A stretch of 64,000 bases of DNA from Methanobacteriota archaeon (GTDB lineage: Archaea > Thermoplasmatota > Poseidoniia > Poseidoniales > Thalassarchaeaceae), in NCBI GenBank assembly GCA_019654055.1, contig BPDA01000001.1, forward strand, positions 17,938-81,937, given 5' to 3'. Below the pieces are notes generated by a model that worked only from the letters and a program-made list of their open reading frames with translations, was not told where the DNA came from and made no database searches. Numbering within the stretch: the first letter of the stretch is position 1; each line of letters begins with the position of its first letter. The position numbers were made by a program, and so were the translations under genes. Positions 50,266 to 60,920 of this stretch are shown piece by piece.

Positions 50266-53195
50266 CTGGTGATGATGGCTTCGGAATCGCGGCTGTCTAG
50301 GATTACCTTCAGCGGCTCATCCAAGCTGACATGGCGGAGGGCCCCGGAATCGGTTGAAGCCGCAACCGAGTCCAACCACTCCCAGTCGACGAAGTCGTCG
50401 GGACCTATCGTAAGGTAGCCGATGTTGAATGTGATGATGTTCTGGAAGAAGTGAGTACCCTGAGAAGGCTCGACGTGGATGTCCGTCATGGGAACCTCGA
50501 CAATCACACTGGAGCCCATGATGTGGTCCCACTGGGCCGGGATGCCCAGCGAAGGGTCCGATGACCCCCATCTGCCCGGCCCAATCAGCACGTAGGGCCG
50601 GTCCTCCGCCCGTAGGGCTGCATCTATGGCAGCAATCTCGGAAATCAGGTCCGTCGTCCGCATCCTATCCAGCCTCTCCGGGTGGACGTACACCACGTCC
50701 CTGATGCCCTCAATGACCCCGTTTCCGAGAGATTGGCTGCATATGCACATTGCCTTGGAACGTTCGACATCGGCCAGATCGATGTCTATGTCGACGGACT
50801 CCTCCATCATCGGTCTGACCTGCAGGATGGCGAACCTCCGTTTCCCCGAGTCCTGATTGATGGACATCGCGAACTCGAGCTCGACGGGGGAGCCGATGTA
50901 GTTCTGGCAGGTGTTGAGGACGTGACTGAGTATCTCCGAGAGCGGAAACCTCCCATGCTTGAGTACCGGGGCGAAGGTGACGACCCTCGGACCACCATCC
51001 ACAGCCAGAGAGTCGACCATGCGGTCGTCCGAGACAACATAGGTCGAACCTACGAGAGCCAGACAACCGTCCTCCTCGGCCTCAGCCAGACTGAGATTGA
51101 GCAAGTTATCCTCCTCTTCAGCGTGGACTTCTCCGTCCTCCTGCCTCATTGGAATGGCGAAGAAGTTGCGTTGAGAGGTGTCCAGGGTGGCTTGGTTGCT
51201 GTAGAACTGGTGGATTCTACGAGGCTGGCCCGGGCTGTACCTCAGGCACTTACCTCCATTGGAGACCTGACGACCCAGCCCTATGCATATCGCTGCAATC
51301 CCGTCTTCTGCTAGAATGGGTTCGACGGGGTAGTGATTACGACTCCTGGCAGCCCCCGATATGGTCGGGTAGAAACGCCCGTTTACCTCGTCACCGACCA
51401 GGTCCTGTATGACCACAGCCATGCGCTCGTCCTCTATGGTGCTCGGCGTGGCTGCGACGTACGCCTTGGCCCTGCGGTAATATGTTGAAGCGTAGACCAG
51501 TTTGATCGCCTCGAGGACCCTCTTCAGCCTGACCACGGGATCCGGGTGGTCGTTGGCCAGCATGTAGGTCGCGTACACCCCCGCGAAAGGCTGGTGACTG
51601 GAATCCTCAAGCAGGCTCGACGAGCGTACAGCCAAGGGCCACTTCGTCTGTTGCAGCATCACCGAGATCTTCTTCTCCATCTCGTCTGTGAAACCGGCTT
51701 TCAAGAAGGCCCCGTTGACCTCCTCGTCCTCGTGATCCTCGTGAGCGAATCTGCCAAGGCCATTGTCCTCTACAAACTCCTCGAACACGTCAGTGCCGAT
51801 TACCACCGACCTTGGCACCACGAACTCGACATCGGGGAACTCGCTGCCCAGCCCCAGATCGAGCATGCGGGTGAATAGGAAGGCCAGCCCCCTGCCCTTA
51901 CCACCTAGGCTGCCCCTCCCTATCCTCTGGAAGCCAGCACCCTCACGCTTGGCGTCGTAGTCCCCAATCGTACGCATCCTGACCTGGACGATATGACTCC
52001 TGACGGAGTCTGCAAGATACTTCCTGATTCCCTCTGTGGTGTCGAAGTCACCAATCTTCTTCGGCCTCATCCCTGCCGCCAAGCTGAACTCCGAACGCGT
52101 CCTCAGCCAATGAGAGAACTGATTTCTCCCGGCATGGTACTCAATCGAGTCAATCGGGACACTCTCGAGCCCGTGCATGAATTCCTCGAGGTTCGAGGCC
52201 CTAGTGACCTCGCTCCCGTCAGGCATTCTGAATACGAAGTCGCCGAAGTTCATCTCATCGACCATGAACTCCTCTATCCTCCTGTACAACTGGGTGTCCT
52301 CCTTGTGCAGGAAGCGGACGCCAAGCGCCTCGGCATCCTCCTTCAGTTCGATGTTCTTCGACTGGAACAGTATGGGCATGTAGCGATGACCCTCCTGAGC
52401 GTAGCGCACCAGCTCAAGGCCAGCCGTGTCCCTCTGTCCGCCTTGGTTGGGGAACTTGCCGTCGGTGAAAATTCCGATTATGTTGTTGTGGTACCTGTCG
52501 ATGATCGACTTGGCGGAATTCATGTCTGAGGCCAATAGAATCTTGCCCCTAGCCCTGAGCCTCAGAAGCTTCTGATGGAGGTTCCCGCCCTCTCCCATCA
52601 GACGCGTTGTCTGCTCCACCAACTGCCTGTACAGCAATGGGAGGTACATGGAGTAGAACCTGCGACTGTCCTCGATGAGCAGGATGACCTGAACATCGCC
52701 GTCCCTCACGTCGTTCTCGACGTTCCGCTCGTCCTCAATCAGCTTGCAGATTGACAGCAGTATCCTGCTATCACCAGTCCACACGAAGATTCGATCAATC
52801 CCCTCGCCAGCGCTCAGGGTCGCTAACTCGCGGGTATTGTGACTCAGCATGACCACGGGCAGCCCCTCGACGATTCGCTTCGCCTCGGTCCCGAACGCCT
52901 TGACGTCCATCTCCCCGACCCTTGTCATGGTGATTACGAGATCGAACTCGCGCGTGCGTAGCAGCCCGAGGGCGTCCCGGGCATCGGGGCTGTGGATGAT
53001 GCGGGGAGCCTGAGAGAGGTTGAGGTCGGAGTACTCCTCCTGCATAATCTCCGCTAGGTACCCCGATTCTTCCAGCAGGTAGTGGTCGAAGTGACTGGCG
53101 ACGAGAAGGACGTCTCGGACTCTGAACGGCGTCAGTCGCTCGAAGCGACTCCAGTCGGAGATGCTCTCGCCCATGCACTCGGATGGGAGCATCAT
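50262..53195 (-). CDS. 977-aa protein with two N-terminal receiver-like (pseudo-REC) domains and a PPDK_N / PEP-synthase-type ATP-grasp nucleotide-binding domain; degenerate swivel-like C-terminus
   Basis: RVRDVLLVASHFDHYLLEESGYLA...DLVITMTRVGEMD and DVQVILLIEDSRRFYSMYLPLLYRQL...IFTDGKFP are receiver-like. AVRSSSLLEDSSHQPFAGVYATYMLANDHPDPVVRLKRVLEAIKLVYASTYYRRAKAY is the PPDK_N signature (VRSSA..ED....FAG...T). The C-terminal YVLIGPGRWGSSDPSLGIPAQW loosely resembles the PEP-utilising mobile domain but lacks the His. The stop overlaps the XPD ATG (ATGA). Confidence 0.6.
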   Translation of the reverse strand: MMLPSECMGESISDWSRFERLTPFRVRDVLLVASHFDHYLLEESGYLAEIMQEEYSDLNLSQAPRIIHSPDARDALGLLRTREFDLVITMTRVGEMDVKAFGTEAKRIVEGLPVVMLSHNTRELATLSAGEGIDRIFVWTGDSRILLSICKLIEDERNVENDVRDGDVQVILLIEDSRRFYSMYLPLLYRQLVEQTTRLMGEGGNLHQKLLRLRARGKILLASDMNSAKSIIDRYHNNIIGIFTDGKFPNQGGQRDTAGLELVRYAQEGHRYMPILFQSKNIELKEDAEALGVRFLHKEDTQLYRRIEEFMVDEMNFGDFVFRMPDGSEVTRASNLEEFMHGLESVPIDSIEYHAGRNQFSHWLRTRSEFSLAAGMRPKKIGDFDTTEGIRKYLADSVRSHIVQVRMRTIGDYDAKREGAGFQRIGRGSLGGKGRGLAFLFTRMLDLGLGSEFPDVEFVVPRSVVIGTDVFEEFVEDNGLGRFAHEDHEDEEVNGAFLKAGFTDEMEKKISVMLQQTKWPLAVRSSSLLEDSSHQPFAGVYATYMLANDHPDPVVRLKRVLEAIKLVYASTYYRRAKAYVAATPSTIEDERMAVVIQDLVGDEVNGRFYPTISGAARSRNHYPVEPILAEDGIAAICIGLGRQVSNGGKCLRYSPGQPRRIHQFYSNQATLDTSQRNFFAIPMRQEDGEVHAEEEDNLLNLSLAEAEEDGCLALVGSTYVVSDDRMVDSLAVDGGPRVVTFAPVLKHGRFPLSEILSHVLNTCQNYIGSPVELEFAMSINQDSGKRRFAILQVRPMMEESVDIDIDLADVERSKAMCICSQSLGNGVIEGIRDVVYVHPERLDRMRTTDLISEIAAIDAALRAEDRPYVLIGPGRWGSSDPSLGIPAQWDHIMGSSVIVEVPMTDIHVEPSQGTHFFQNIITFNIGYLTIGPDDFVDWEWLDSVAASTDSGALRHVSLDEPLKVILDSRDSEAIITR

Positions 53196-53402
53196 GCATC
53201 AAAGTTCAGACTGAGATGGTAGGGTGTCCCGCACGAGACGTGCGAGACGGTGTGTGTCGAAATTCAACGAAAGCGCTCCCGATCGGTCTTGCGTGACCTG
53301 CCTCTGGCAGCCCTCGGCACATCACGGGAGTCATAGCCGACCGCGTCGGAGAGCTTGGCTCTGGCTCGCAAGCCCTCTAGGCCGCAGAGAACGGGTTGGG
53401 CG

Positions 53403-53436
53403 AGGGGGCGTCGGTGACGCCCCCCCGCGTTTTTCT
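53403..53436 (+). terminator. Perfect 9-bp GC hairpin followed by a T5 tract (intrinsic-terminator-like) in the 272-nt intergenic region
   Basis: GGGGGCGTC-GGT-GACGCCCCC then CCGCGTTTTTCTCG on the plus strand; no annotated plus-strand gene upstream. Confidence 0.3.
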
Positions 53437-53467
53437 CGTGCATCCCATCATCGCTCATTCTCTCACC

Positions 53468-53818
53468 TCATAGAGCGTTTGAATCATCATCGAAGCGCGC
53501 ACGCAGATCGTCCATGCGCATGGAGAGCACCTGGTCCACCGTAGCACCCTCAAGAGTAGCCTTGGCAATGTGCTCGCGGGCAGCTTGCCGCAGCACCGAG
53601 GCTGCCGACTCCCCCCGTAGCCTGCAGAAGTCCCGCATCCTCGCCGTGAGGTCGGGTCCGAGGTCAACCTCAATCCGCTCTCCCATCGAGGGCAGGGGCG
53701 AAGCGAGGTACCTGCGGACGGCCTCTCTAATCACGTCGGAGCGGTTTCGCATGCCGTCGAGGCCAACCCGCTGGTCGATTTCTAGCAAGTGATCCTCGGG
53801 GACCCTCAGCGAGACCAT
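53468..53818 (-). CDS. Ribbon-helix-helix (CopG/NikR-like) transcriptional regulator
   Basis: MVSLRVPEDHLLEIDQRVGLDGMRNRSDVIREAVRRYL is an RHH motif (beta-strand, helix, G turn, helix). Start taken at the internal M of ORF 53468..53965. Confidence 0.55.
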   Translation of the reverse strand: MVSLRVPEDHLLEIDQRVGLDGMRNRSDVIREAVRRYLASPLPSMGERIEVDLGPDLTARMRDFCRLRGESAASVLRQAAREHIAKATLEGATVDQVLSMRMDDLRARFDDDSNAL

Positions 53819-54014
53819 TGGACTGACACCGGCCACCTCATGCTCCTCCTGAGTCCGGCAGACCCGGTGGGGGCACTTAACTGTATTGCAATTGAAAGAC
53901 AAATGAAATACGATGATTGTGAAACGACTCCGGGAATTTTCGCACGTCTCCCAGCGACCCGGCAATAGTGCGTTTCAAGGCCAAACGTCCTTTCGAAGTC
54001 CCGCAGGGTCGGGC

Positions 54015-55331
54015 ATGAAGGTCATCAACGATGCGATACACGGCCAGTTCTCGCTGGATGGAGTTCGCGGCGACCTGCTAGCCACCCCGGAGATGAACAA
54101 GCTCAGTCACATCAAGCAGCTCGGACTGGCGCACCTAGTCTTCCCCGGGGCCCACCACACTAGGTTCGAGCACTCCCTAGGGGCGTCGCACATCGCAGGC
54201 ATGATGGCCGAGTCATTGGACTTGGACGAGCACGAGACCGAGACTGTCCAAGCAGCTGCTATGCTCCACGACGTCGGTCACGGGCCATACTCACACACGC
54301 TCGAGCACATCCTGCACGAGCGCGGAGGGATGGACCACATGTCGATTACAGAGGGGATTATCCTCGGTAATTACGATGTCCTGCGAGAAGGCGAGCAGTC
54401 ATCGGTGCCCGAACGCCAGACGGTTCCGGACATTCTGGAGAGGCACGGCTTGGAACCCAAGGAGGTGGCCGACCTCATCAGGGGACCTGGAGCCGGCGGC
54501 ACCGAGCGCTCGCTGACAGCGTGGACCGAGGGCAGCGAGGACTTCGTGGACGAGGACCTGACACTAGCGCATCTGGTTCACGGGCCGGTGGACTGCGACC
54601 AGTTGGACTACCTGCTTCGCGACTCGCACTTCACAGGCGTCAATCATGGTAATGTCGATCACCGCAGGTTGATTTCATCTCTCCAAAGGCACGCCGGCGA
54701 TATAGCTGTGGAGGAAGGCGGATTAGCATCGCTGGAGGGGATGTTGATGGCACGAGCGCTAATGTACAGTGGAGTTTACTTCCATAGGGTTAACAGGATT
54801 ACCGAAGTTATGCTCTCGAGGGCGGTAGAGCGCAGTTCGGAAAACATGCCCGGAGTTATGGATCTTCAGCGCAGGGTCGATGCAGAGATATGGGAGGTCC
54901 TAGCAGCTGCCGGAGATTACGCACAGGATATCATCAGGAGGCTGAAGTACAGAAATCTCCTCAAGGTATCTTGGGGTCTCCGGGGAGATGAACTCGATGA
55001 AGAACAGAAAACTCTCCTTCAGGAGATTGGAACGAACTCTGAATCACGCACGCAGTTAGAGGACGATCTTGCACATCGAGCCGGGCTCGAACCAGGATAC
55101 GTAGCCATCGACGTCCCTCAGGCCAAGGTCCTACTGGGTGAGGACCGAATGGAGATGGTAGACGTCAAGATTGTTGGCGACGACGGCCGCACTAGAAGAT
55201 TGCAAGATCACACCCCGATTGCTGATGCTCTGAAGAAGCGCCAAGTGAGCCAGACAGCGGTCTACGTGATCACTCTCCCGGGCCATCAGTCGAATGTGGC
55301 GCAGTTGGCCGAAAGACATCTTTTCTCCTGA
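54015..55331 (+). CDS. HD-domain phosphohydrolase, dGTP triphosphohydrolase (dGTPase/SAMHD1)-like
   Basis: INDAIHGQFSL...HHTRFEHSLGASHIAGMMAE...AAMLHDVGHGPYSHTLEHIL...DCDQLDYLLRDSHFTGV are the H..HD.G.GP.SH and D..DYL.RD motifs typical of dGTPase-like HD enzymes. Confidence 0.7.
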   Translation: MKVINDAIHGQFSLDGVRGDLLATPEMNKLSHIKQLGLAHLVFPGAHHTRFEHSLGASHIAGMMAESLDLDEHETETVQAAAMLHDVGHGPYSHTLEHILHERGGMDHMSITEGIILGNYDVLREGEQSSVPERQTVPDILERHGLEPKEVADLIRGPGAGGTERSLTAWTEGSEDFVDEDLTLAHLVHGPVDCDQLDYLLRDSHFTGVNHGNVDHRRLISSLQRHAGDIAVEEGGLASLEGMLMARALMYSGVYFHRVNRITEVMLSRAVERSSENMPGVMDLQRRVDAEIWEVLAAAGDYAQDIIRRLKYRNLLKVSWGLRGDELDEEQKTLLQEIGTNSESRTQLEDDLAHRAGLEPGYVAIDVPQAKVLLGEDRMEMVDVKIVGDDGRTRRLQDHTPIADALKKRQVSQTAVYVITLPGHQSNVAQLAERHLFS

Positions 55332-55432
55332 GTTTTATCGGCCCCTACGGGGCCGTTCGATTCACTAATCCCATTGGGATACCATTCAAAAGCACCCCCT
55401 CGGTCGCGCAAGCGCCCGGTACCTCATAGTAG

Positions 55433-56815
<1,383 letters not shown>

Positions 56816-56821
56816 AAATTT

Positions 56822-57655
56822 TCAGCGGACACGTGGCCCATCTCCCTTGCCATCGGGAACGTACCCATATCCAGTATCCTCATCGACCAATTCTTCATGA
56901 ATTTGTTCGGGGACTTCGTCCTCATGCAGTGATGAGAGGAATTTCTTGAGCCTCTCGCTCTTTGGATTGTTGATAATCGAAGAGGGCCCTTCCTCCGCCA
57001 CAACGCCCTCGTCCATGTATATCACCCGGTCAGCCACGTCTCTGGCGAAGCCGATCTCGTGGGTGACAATCAGCATTGTCATGCCCTCGTCCGCCAGCCC
57101 TCTGATGGTCTCGAGGACCGAGCCGATTAGCTCGGGGTCAAGGGCGCTGGTGGGCTCGTCGAATAGCAACACTTCGGGGCGCATCGCCAGAGCACGCGCT
57201 ATTGCGACCCTCTGCTTCTGGCCGCCTGAGAGATTCCCCGGGTAGGCGTCAATCCTGTCTAGCATGTCGACACGCTCGAGCACCGACATTGCCCACTCCT
57301 CGGCCTCGCCCTTGCTCATCTTCCTAACGTGCCTGAGCCCCAGCGTGACGTTGTCCAATACCTTCAGGTGGGCGAATAGCTCGAAGGACTGGAAAACCAT
57401 CCCTATCCTAGACCTCAGGTTGTTCACGTCCGTGTGAGGCGTGTTAATCTGCTCGCCCTTCAGGTAAATCTCACCCTCGGTCGGCTCGATCAGTCGGTTT
57501 ATGCAGCGCAGAACAGTCGACTTACCGCTGCCCGAAGAGCCGATGATTGCCACCGACTCGCCTTGGTTGACATCGAAGGATATGCCCCTGACGGCATGGA
57601 CTCCGCCAGAGTAGATCATGTGCAGATCTTCTACGTCCAACACCTTGTCCGGCAA
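56822..57655 (-). CDS. Polar amino-acid ABC transporter ATP-binding protein (GlnQ/HisP-like)
   Basis: Walker A GSSGSGKST; Q-loop; signature LSGGQKQRVAIARAL; Walker B LLFDEPTSALD; H-loop. Acidic C-terminal tail. Confidence 0.85.
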   Translation of the reverse strand: MPDKVLDVEDLHMIYSGGVHAVRGISFDVNQGESVAIIGSSGSGKSTVLRCINRLIEPTEGEIYLKGEQINTPHTDVNNLRSRIGMVFQSFELFAHLKVLDNVTLGLRHVRKMSKGEAEEWAMSVLERVDMLDRIDAYPGNLSGGQKQRVAIARALAMRPEVLLFDEPTSALDPELIGSVLETIRGLADEGMTMLIVTHEIGFARDVADRVIYMDEGVVAEEGPSSIINNPKSERLKKFLSSLHEDEVPEQIHEELVDEDTGYGYVPDGKGDGPRVR

Positions 57656-59848
57656 TCAATCACCCCCTGTCATCCCCAATCCCGGTATCCTAGTCTTCTC
57701 CTCCATCCACCTGAGGAACAGTGCTAGCGTCCAAGTGACCACGAAGTACGATATCAGGACCATCCCCCAAGCGTATGCGTATTGGAATGTACTGGCAACT
57801 ATCAGCTTCCCTTGCCTAGTGAGCTCAGCGTACCCAATAATCATCGCGAGCGACGAGTTGAGGACCAAGTTGACCATCTCGTTGCCCATCGGGGGGATGC
57901 AGATCCTAATCGCCTGTGGCATTATCACCCTGCGCATGGTCTGCAGGTAAGTCAGGCCAACGCTCCTGCCGGCCTCCATCTGGGCCGAAGGTATGGCTTG
58001 GATGGCGCCTCTGATGGTCTCACACTGGTACGCCCCGGAATTGAATCCGAGGGCGCAGATGGCACTGATGAAGGCCGAGTCGTAGAACAGTCCGCCAATC
58101 AACGTGCCATAGTTCTCCTCGGAGTAATCGTACGTGGCGAAGATGTCCGTGATGAAGTTGCGATCCTGCTCCAGTTTATCGAAGCTGAAGATCTCCAAAC
58201 CCGGCTCCTGGATTAGGGCACCCAGTCGGAGCCCGAAGTGGATGAACAGGAATTGCACAATCAGCGGGGTGTTGCGGAAGAAGTCGGTGTACACGGTCGC
58301 TAGGGTGTTCAGCGGCCTGACCCTCCAGGGGTTAATCGTAATCGTCCTTATCTTGACTTTGGAGAACCTGCCGTTGTTGCTGAGGAACAGCAGCCCAAGG
58401 AATGTCAGGGCAATCCCCAGGAGTATCCTCGCAAAGGACTCGGGTGCACCAACAGGGAGGAAGATGTACTCTATACCTTGCAGCCCAAGGCCCCTGGACC
58501 CGGGTATGGCCGAGTTGATCAGATACAGGCCGCTCGCCAGTATCGGAATACCTGTGATCCTGACGTGCCTAGGTTTGAAGCGCTCCACGATGTACCTCAG
58601 GGACGTCGGAGATGTCTTGCACATCGCAAGGGTCACTCCGAGGAAGAATCCGAGTATTATTCCGAAGGCGACGATCTTCACCGTTGCCATGAATCCGTCT
58701 AGAAACATCTCCTTGGTTTCATCGACGAAAACGCCGAAGTTGCTGTACTCGGGTACTACGAAGCCGACTTGGTCGTCCACGCCGGCATCTTCGGTCCACA
58801 GTATCGCACCACCGTCTCCCACGGCTATTCCGATGAATCCAGTCAGCATCTGTATGTGGTTGAAGTCGGAGTCGTTGCCCAACGGGTTGATCTGCTGCGA
58901 GACGATGGTTCCGCCGTTGGTGCTTATCGAGAGGTACCCTCCCTCTCCGGTCATCATCAGTTTGGTAGTAGTGACTACCTCAATCGATGTTAGTTCCACA
59001 CCAAGATTGGAGGGATTCAGGACGTACTCATTGCTGGCTGGAGGATAGTGCCTCTCGAAGTTGATTAGAGTCCAGAGGTAGCCGACCTCAGTCCCTGATA
59101 CGACATTGCTCATCGACATGAGAATCCGACCGTCATCGGTAATCGCGTATATCCTGACGGGGCTGTAGAACTCAACTGCGACGATTTCCGCTTCGCCCAT
59201 CTCTTCGGGGGGTTCGCGGTAGTCCCAAGTCGCACCTCCATCGGCGGAGAACAGGATGGTTCCATTCGCCCCGACGATGACTCCCAACTCATCATCGTAG
59301 AACGAAACCGCCATCAAGTCGGACCCTATGGACAACGAAACACTCTCCCACCCTCCGTTCTCGTATCTGGAGATGGTCCCCCCGTCACCGACGACGACGA
59401 CGCTCTGGCTACCTGTCAGAGAGACCCCATTCACATGAGAGCCCTCTGGTAGGGAGATATCCAACCAATCCGAATCCTGATCTTGCTTAAGGAGCACCAG
59501 TCCGGAATTCCCGGCGACCAAAAGCGCACCGAATCTCGATTCGGAGTGGTGAATGTCGACTACAGTCGGTGACTCGGCAATCTCCCAGGTCAATCCGCTG
59601 TCACTGCTGTTGAGCATCACTCCCTCGGTACCGAACGCCCACACCTGGTCGCCGAATTCAACAGCGGTGAGAAGGTTCTCCGAGGTACCGCTCTCTACAA
59701 TCTCCCAACTGCTCTGGAACTCCTTGGCCTGAATCGGCGAGACGAAGGTGACAAGCACAATCAATGAGGCGATGGCAATTATTCGGGTAACTTTGGGCGC
59801 CATAGGTTCCGTTGACCTAGAAACCTGCTTTTGCATGGCTACCCCCAC
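57656..59848 (-). CDS. Fusion: N-terminal signal anchor + extracellular BNR/Ycf48-like beta-propeller domain (~350 aa) + polar amino-acid ABC transporter permease (HisM/GlnP-like)
   Basis: N-terminal MAPKVTRIIAIASLIVLVTFVSPIQA. Repeated S-x-D-x-G-x-T-W blades (SSDSGLTWE, SADGGATWD, STNGGTI...). Permease core with EAA loop EAGRSVGLTYLQTMRRVIMPQAIRICIPPMGNEMVNL. Single uninterrupted 730-aa ORF. Confidence 0.7.
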   Translation of the reverse strand: MGVAMQKQVSRSTEPMAPKVTRIIAIASLIVLVTFVSPIQAKEFQSSWEIVESGTSENLLTAVEFGDQVWAFGTEGVMLNSSDSGLTWEIAESPTVVDIHHSESRFGALLVAGNSGLVLLKQDQDSDWLDISLPEGSHVNGVSLTGSQSVVVVGDGGTISRYENGGWESVSLSIGSDLMAVSFYDDELGVIVGANGTILFSADGGATWDYREPPEEMGEAEIVAVEFYSPVRIYAITDDGRILMSMSNVVSGTEVGYLWTLINFERHYPPASNEYVLNPSNLGVELTSIEVVTTTKLMMTGEGGYLSISTNGGTIVSQQINPLGNDSDFNHIQMLTGFIGIAVGDGGAILWTEDAGVDDQVGFVVPEYSNFGVFVDETKEMFLDGFMATVKIVAFGIILGFFLGVTLAMCKTSPTSLRYIVERFKPRHVRITGIPILASGLYLINSAIPGSRGLGLQGIEYIFLPVGAPESFARILLGIALTFLGLLFLSNNGRFSKVKIRTITINPWRVRPLNTLATVYTDFFRNTPLIVQFLFIHFGLRLGALIQEPGLEIFSFDKLEQDRNFITDIFATYDYSEENYGTLIGGLFYDSAFISAICALGFNSGAYQCETIRGAIQAIPSAQMEAGRSVGLTYLQTMRRVIMPQAIRICIPPMGNEMVNLVLNSSLAMIIGYAELTRQGKLIVASTFQYAYAWGMVLISYFVVTWTLALFLRWMEEKTRIPGLGMTGGD

Positions 59849-59921
59849 TGCCTGAGGCGCCCGGTTGAATATAGTCTAGGCGGACCACCAATTCTAAGTC
59901 GGCATCGCAGCCTCTCGGACC

Positions 59922-60902
59922 ATGAGATGCATACCGACAGCCCTCTGCCTCGGCGTGCTTCTGCTGACAGCACCCAGCGTCTCGGCAGCGGGGGACGTCC
60001 AGTACGTCGTGGGCACTTCCGAGGAGACGGACCCCTCGGGCCTGTTGGAATCCCACCAGCATATCACCGAGGTCGCTTTCCAAGACTACAACATGGCCAT
60101 GCGGGACCTGATGGTGGGCAACATCGACTTCTTCCTGACCACTCACTCCATCGCGGCCGACCCGGCGACCTCAGAGAACACTCCCGGCCTTTCCATCGTC
60201 GGCATGGTGGAAGAGATTGAGTCGTACGTGCCTGTCGTTCTCCCCGACTCTCAAACCGTCATCGGGAGCATGGAATTGCTAGACGCCATGAACGTCGCAC
60301 TGGGGGAACTAATCTCTTCAAACTCTCTGTCAGCAACATACATGACTTGGTTCATCGGAGAGTCAGAGATGGACGCATCCTCGTTCGAGGGGAGCATCGG
60401 CGAGTGGCCTACTCCGACCGAGGGAGGCGTACTCCACTCGATTGTTGATAACCAGAGAGAGATGGTCGCTTGCATGTATGATCGGGACTCTCCCATGTCC
60501 TGGCAGGACGCCTCCGCCCAGATGAACGGCTACGAGGCGGAGGTTGCTCAGATGATGGCAAACAAAATGGGGACTCACTACGGGACACACATCACCTTCA
60601 GGGGCCACGACAGTGGTGGCGAGTTCGAAGCCATAGAGGACCTGAAGAGAGGAGACACCTGTGATTTCATCATGGCCTCCATAACTCCTCAGAAGGCCAT
60701 GTCGAAAGGCCTCATGGGAGGCATTCCGTATCACATCGAGGGATATGTGCTGATGGCATCCCTAGAGTCCCCTCCCTTACAGTCAGCACAGCATCTTTTC
60801 CTTTCGGCAGATGAGGATGAGGGCAGTGAGTTCGACCAGCGATGGATCGCAATCGCCGTCCTCTCGGCGTTCATCGCATACCAGTTGGCCCGTAGACAAT
60901 GA
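59922..60902 (+). CDS. Amino-acid ABC transporter substrate-binding protein (divergent SBP_bac_3-like) with signal peptide and C-terminal membrane anchor
   Basis: Signal MRCIPTALCLGVLLLTAPSVSAAG; periplasmic-binding-like core; C-terminal IAIAVLSAFIAYQLARRQ anchor. Divergently transcribed from the permease/ATPase genes. Confidence 0.6.
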   Translation: MRCIPTALCLGVLLLTAPSVSAAGDVQYVVGTSEETDPSGLLESHQHITEVAFQDYNMAMRDLMVGNIDFFLTTHSIAADPATSENTPGLSIVGMVEEIESYVPVVLPDSQTVIGSMELLDAMNVALGELISSNSLSATYMTWFIGESEMDASSFEGSIGEWPTPTEGGVLHSIVDNQREMVACMYDRDSPMSWQDASAQMNGYEAEVAQMMANKMGTHYGTHITFRGHDSGGEFEAIEDLKRGDTCDFIMASITPQKAMSKGLMGGIPYHIEGYVLMASLESPPLQSAQHLFLSADEDEGSEFDQRWIAIAVLSAFIAYQLARRQ

Positions 60903-60920
60903 CGTGAAGTCCGACCAGCA

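Noticed and set aside
53224-53544. Arg/Pro-rich ORFs (106 aa plus-strand, 64 aa minus-strand) in the RHH-kinase intergenic region
   Set aside because: Composition and overlap with the hairpin/terminator element argue against coding.
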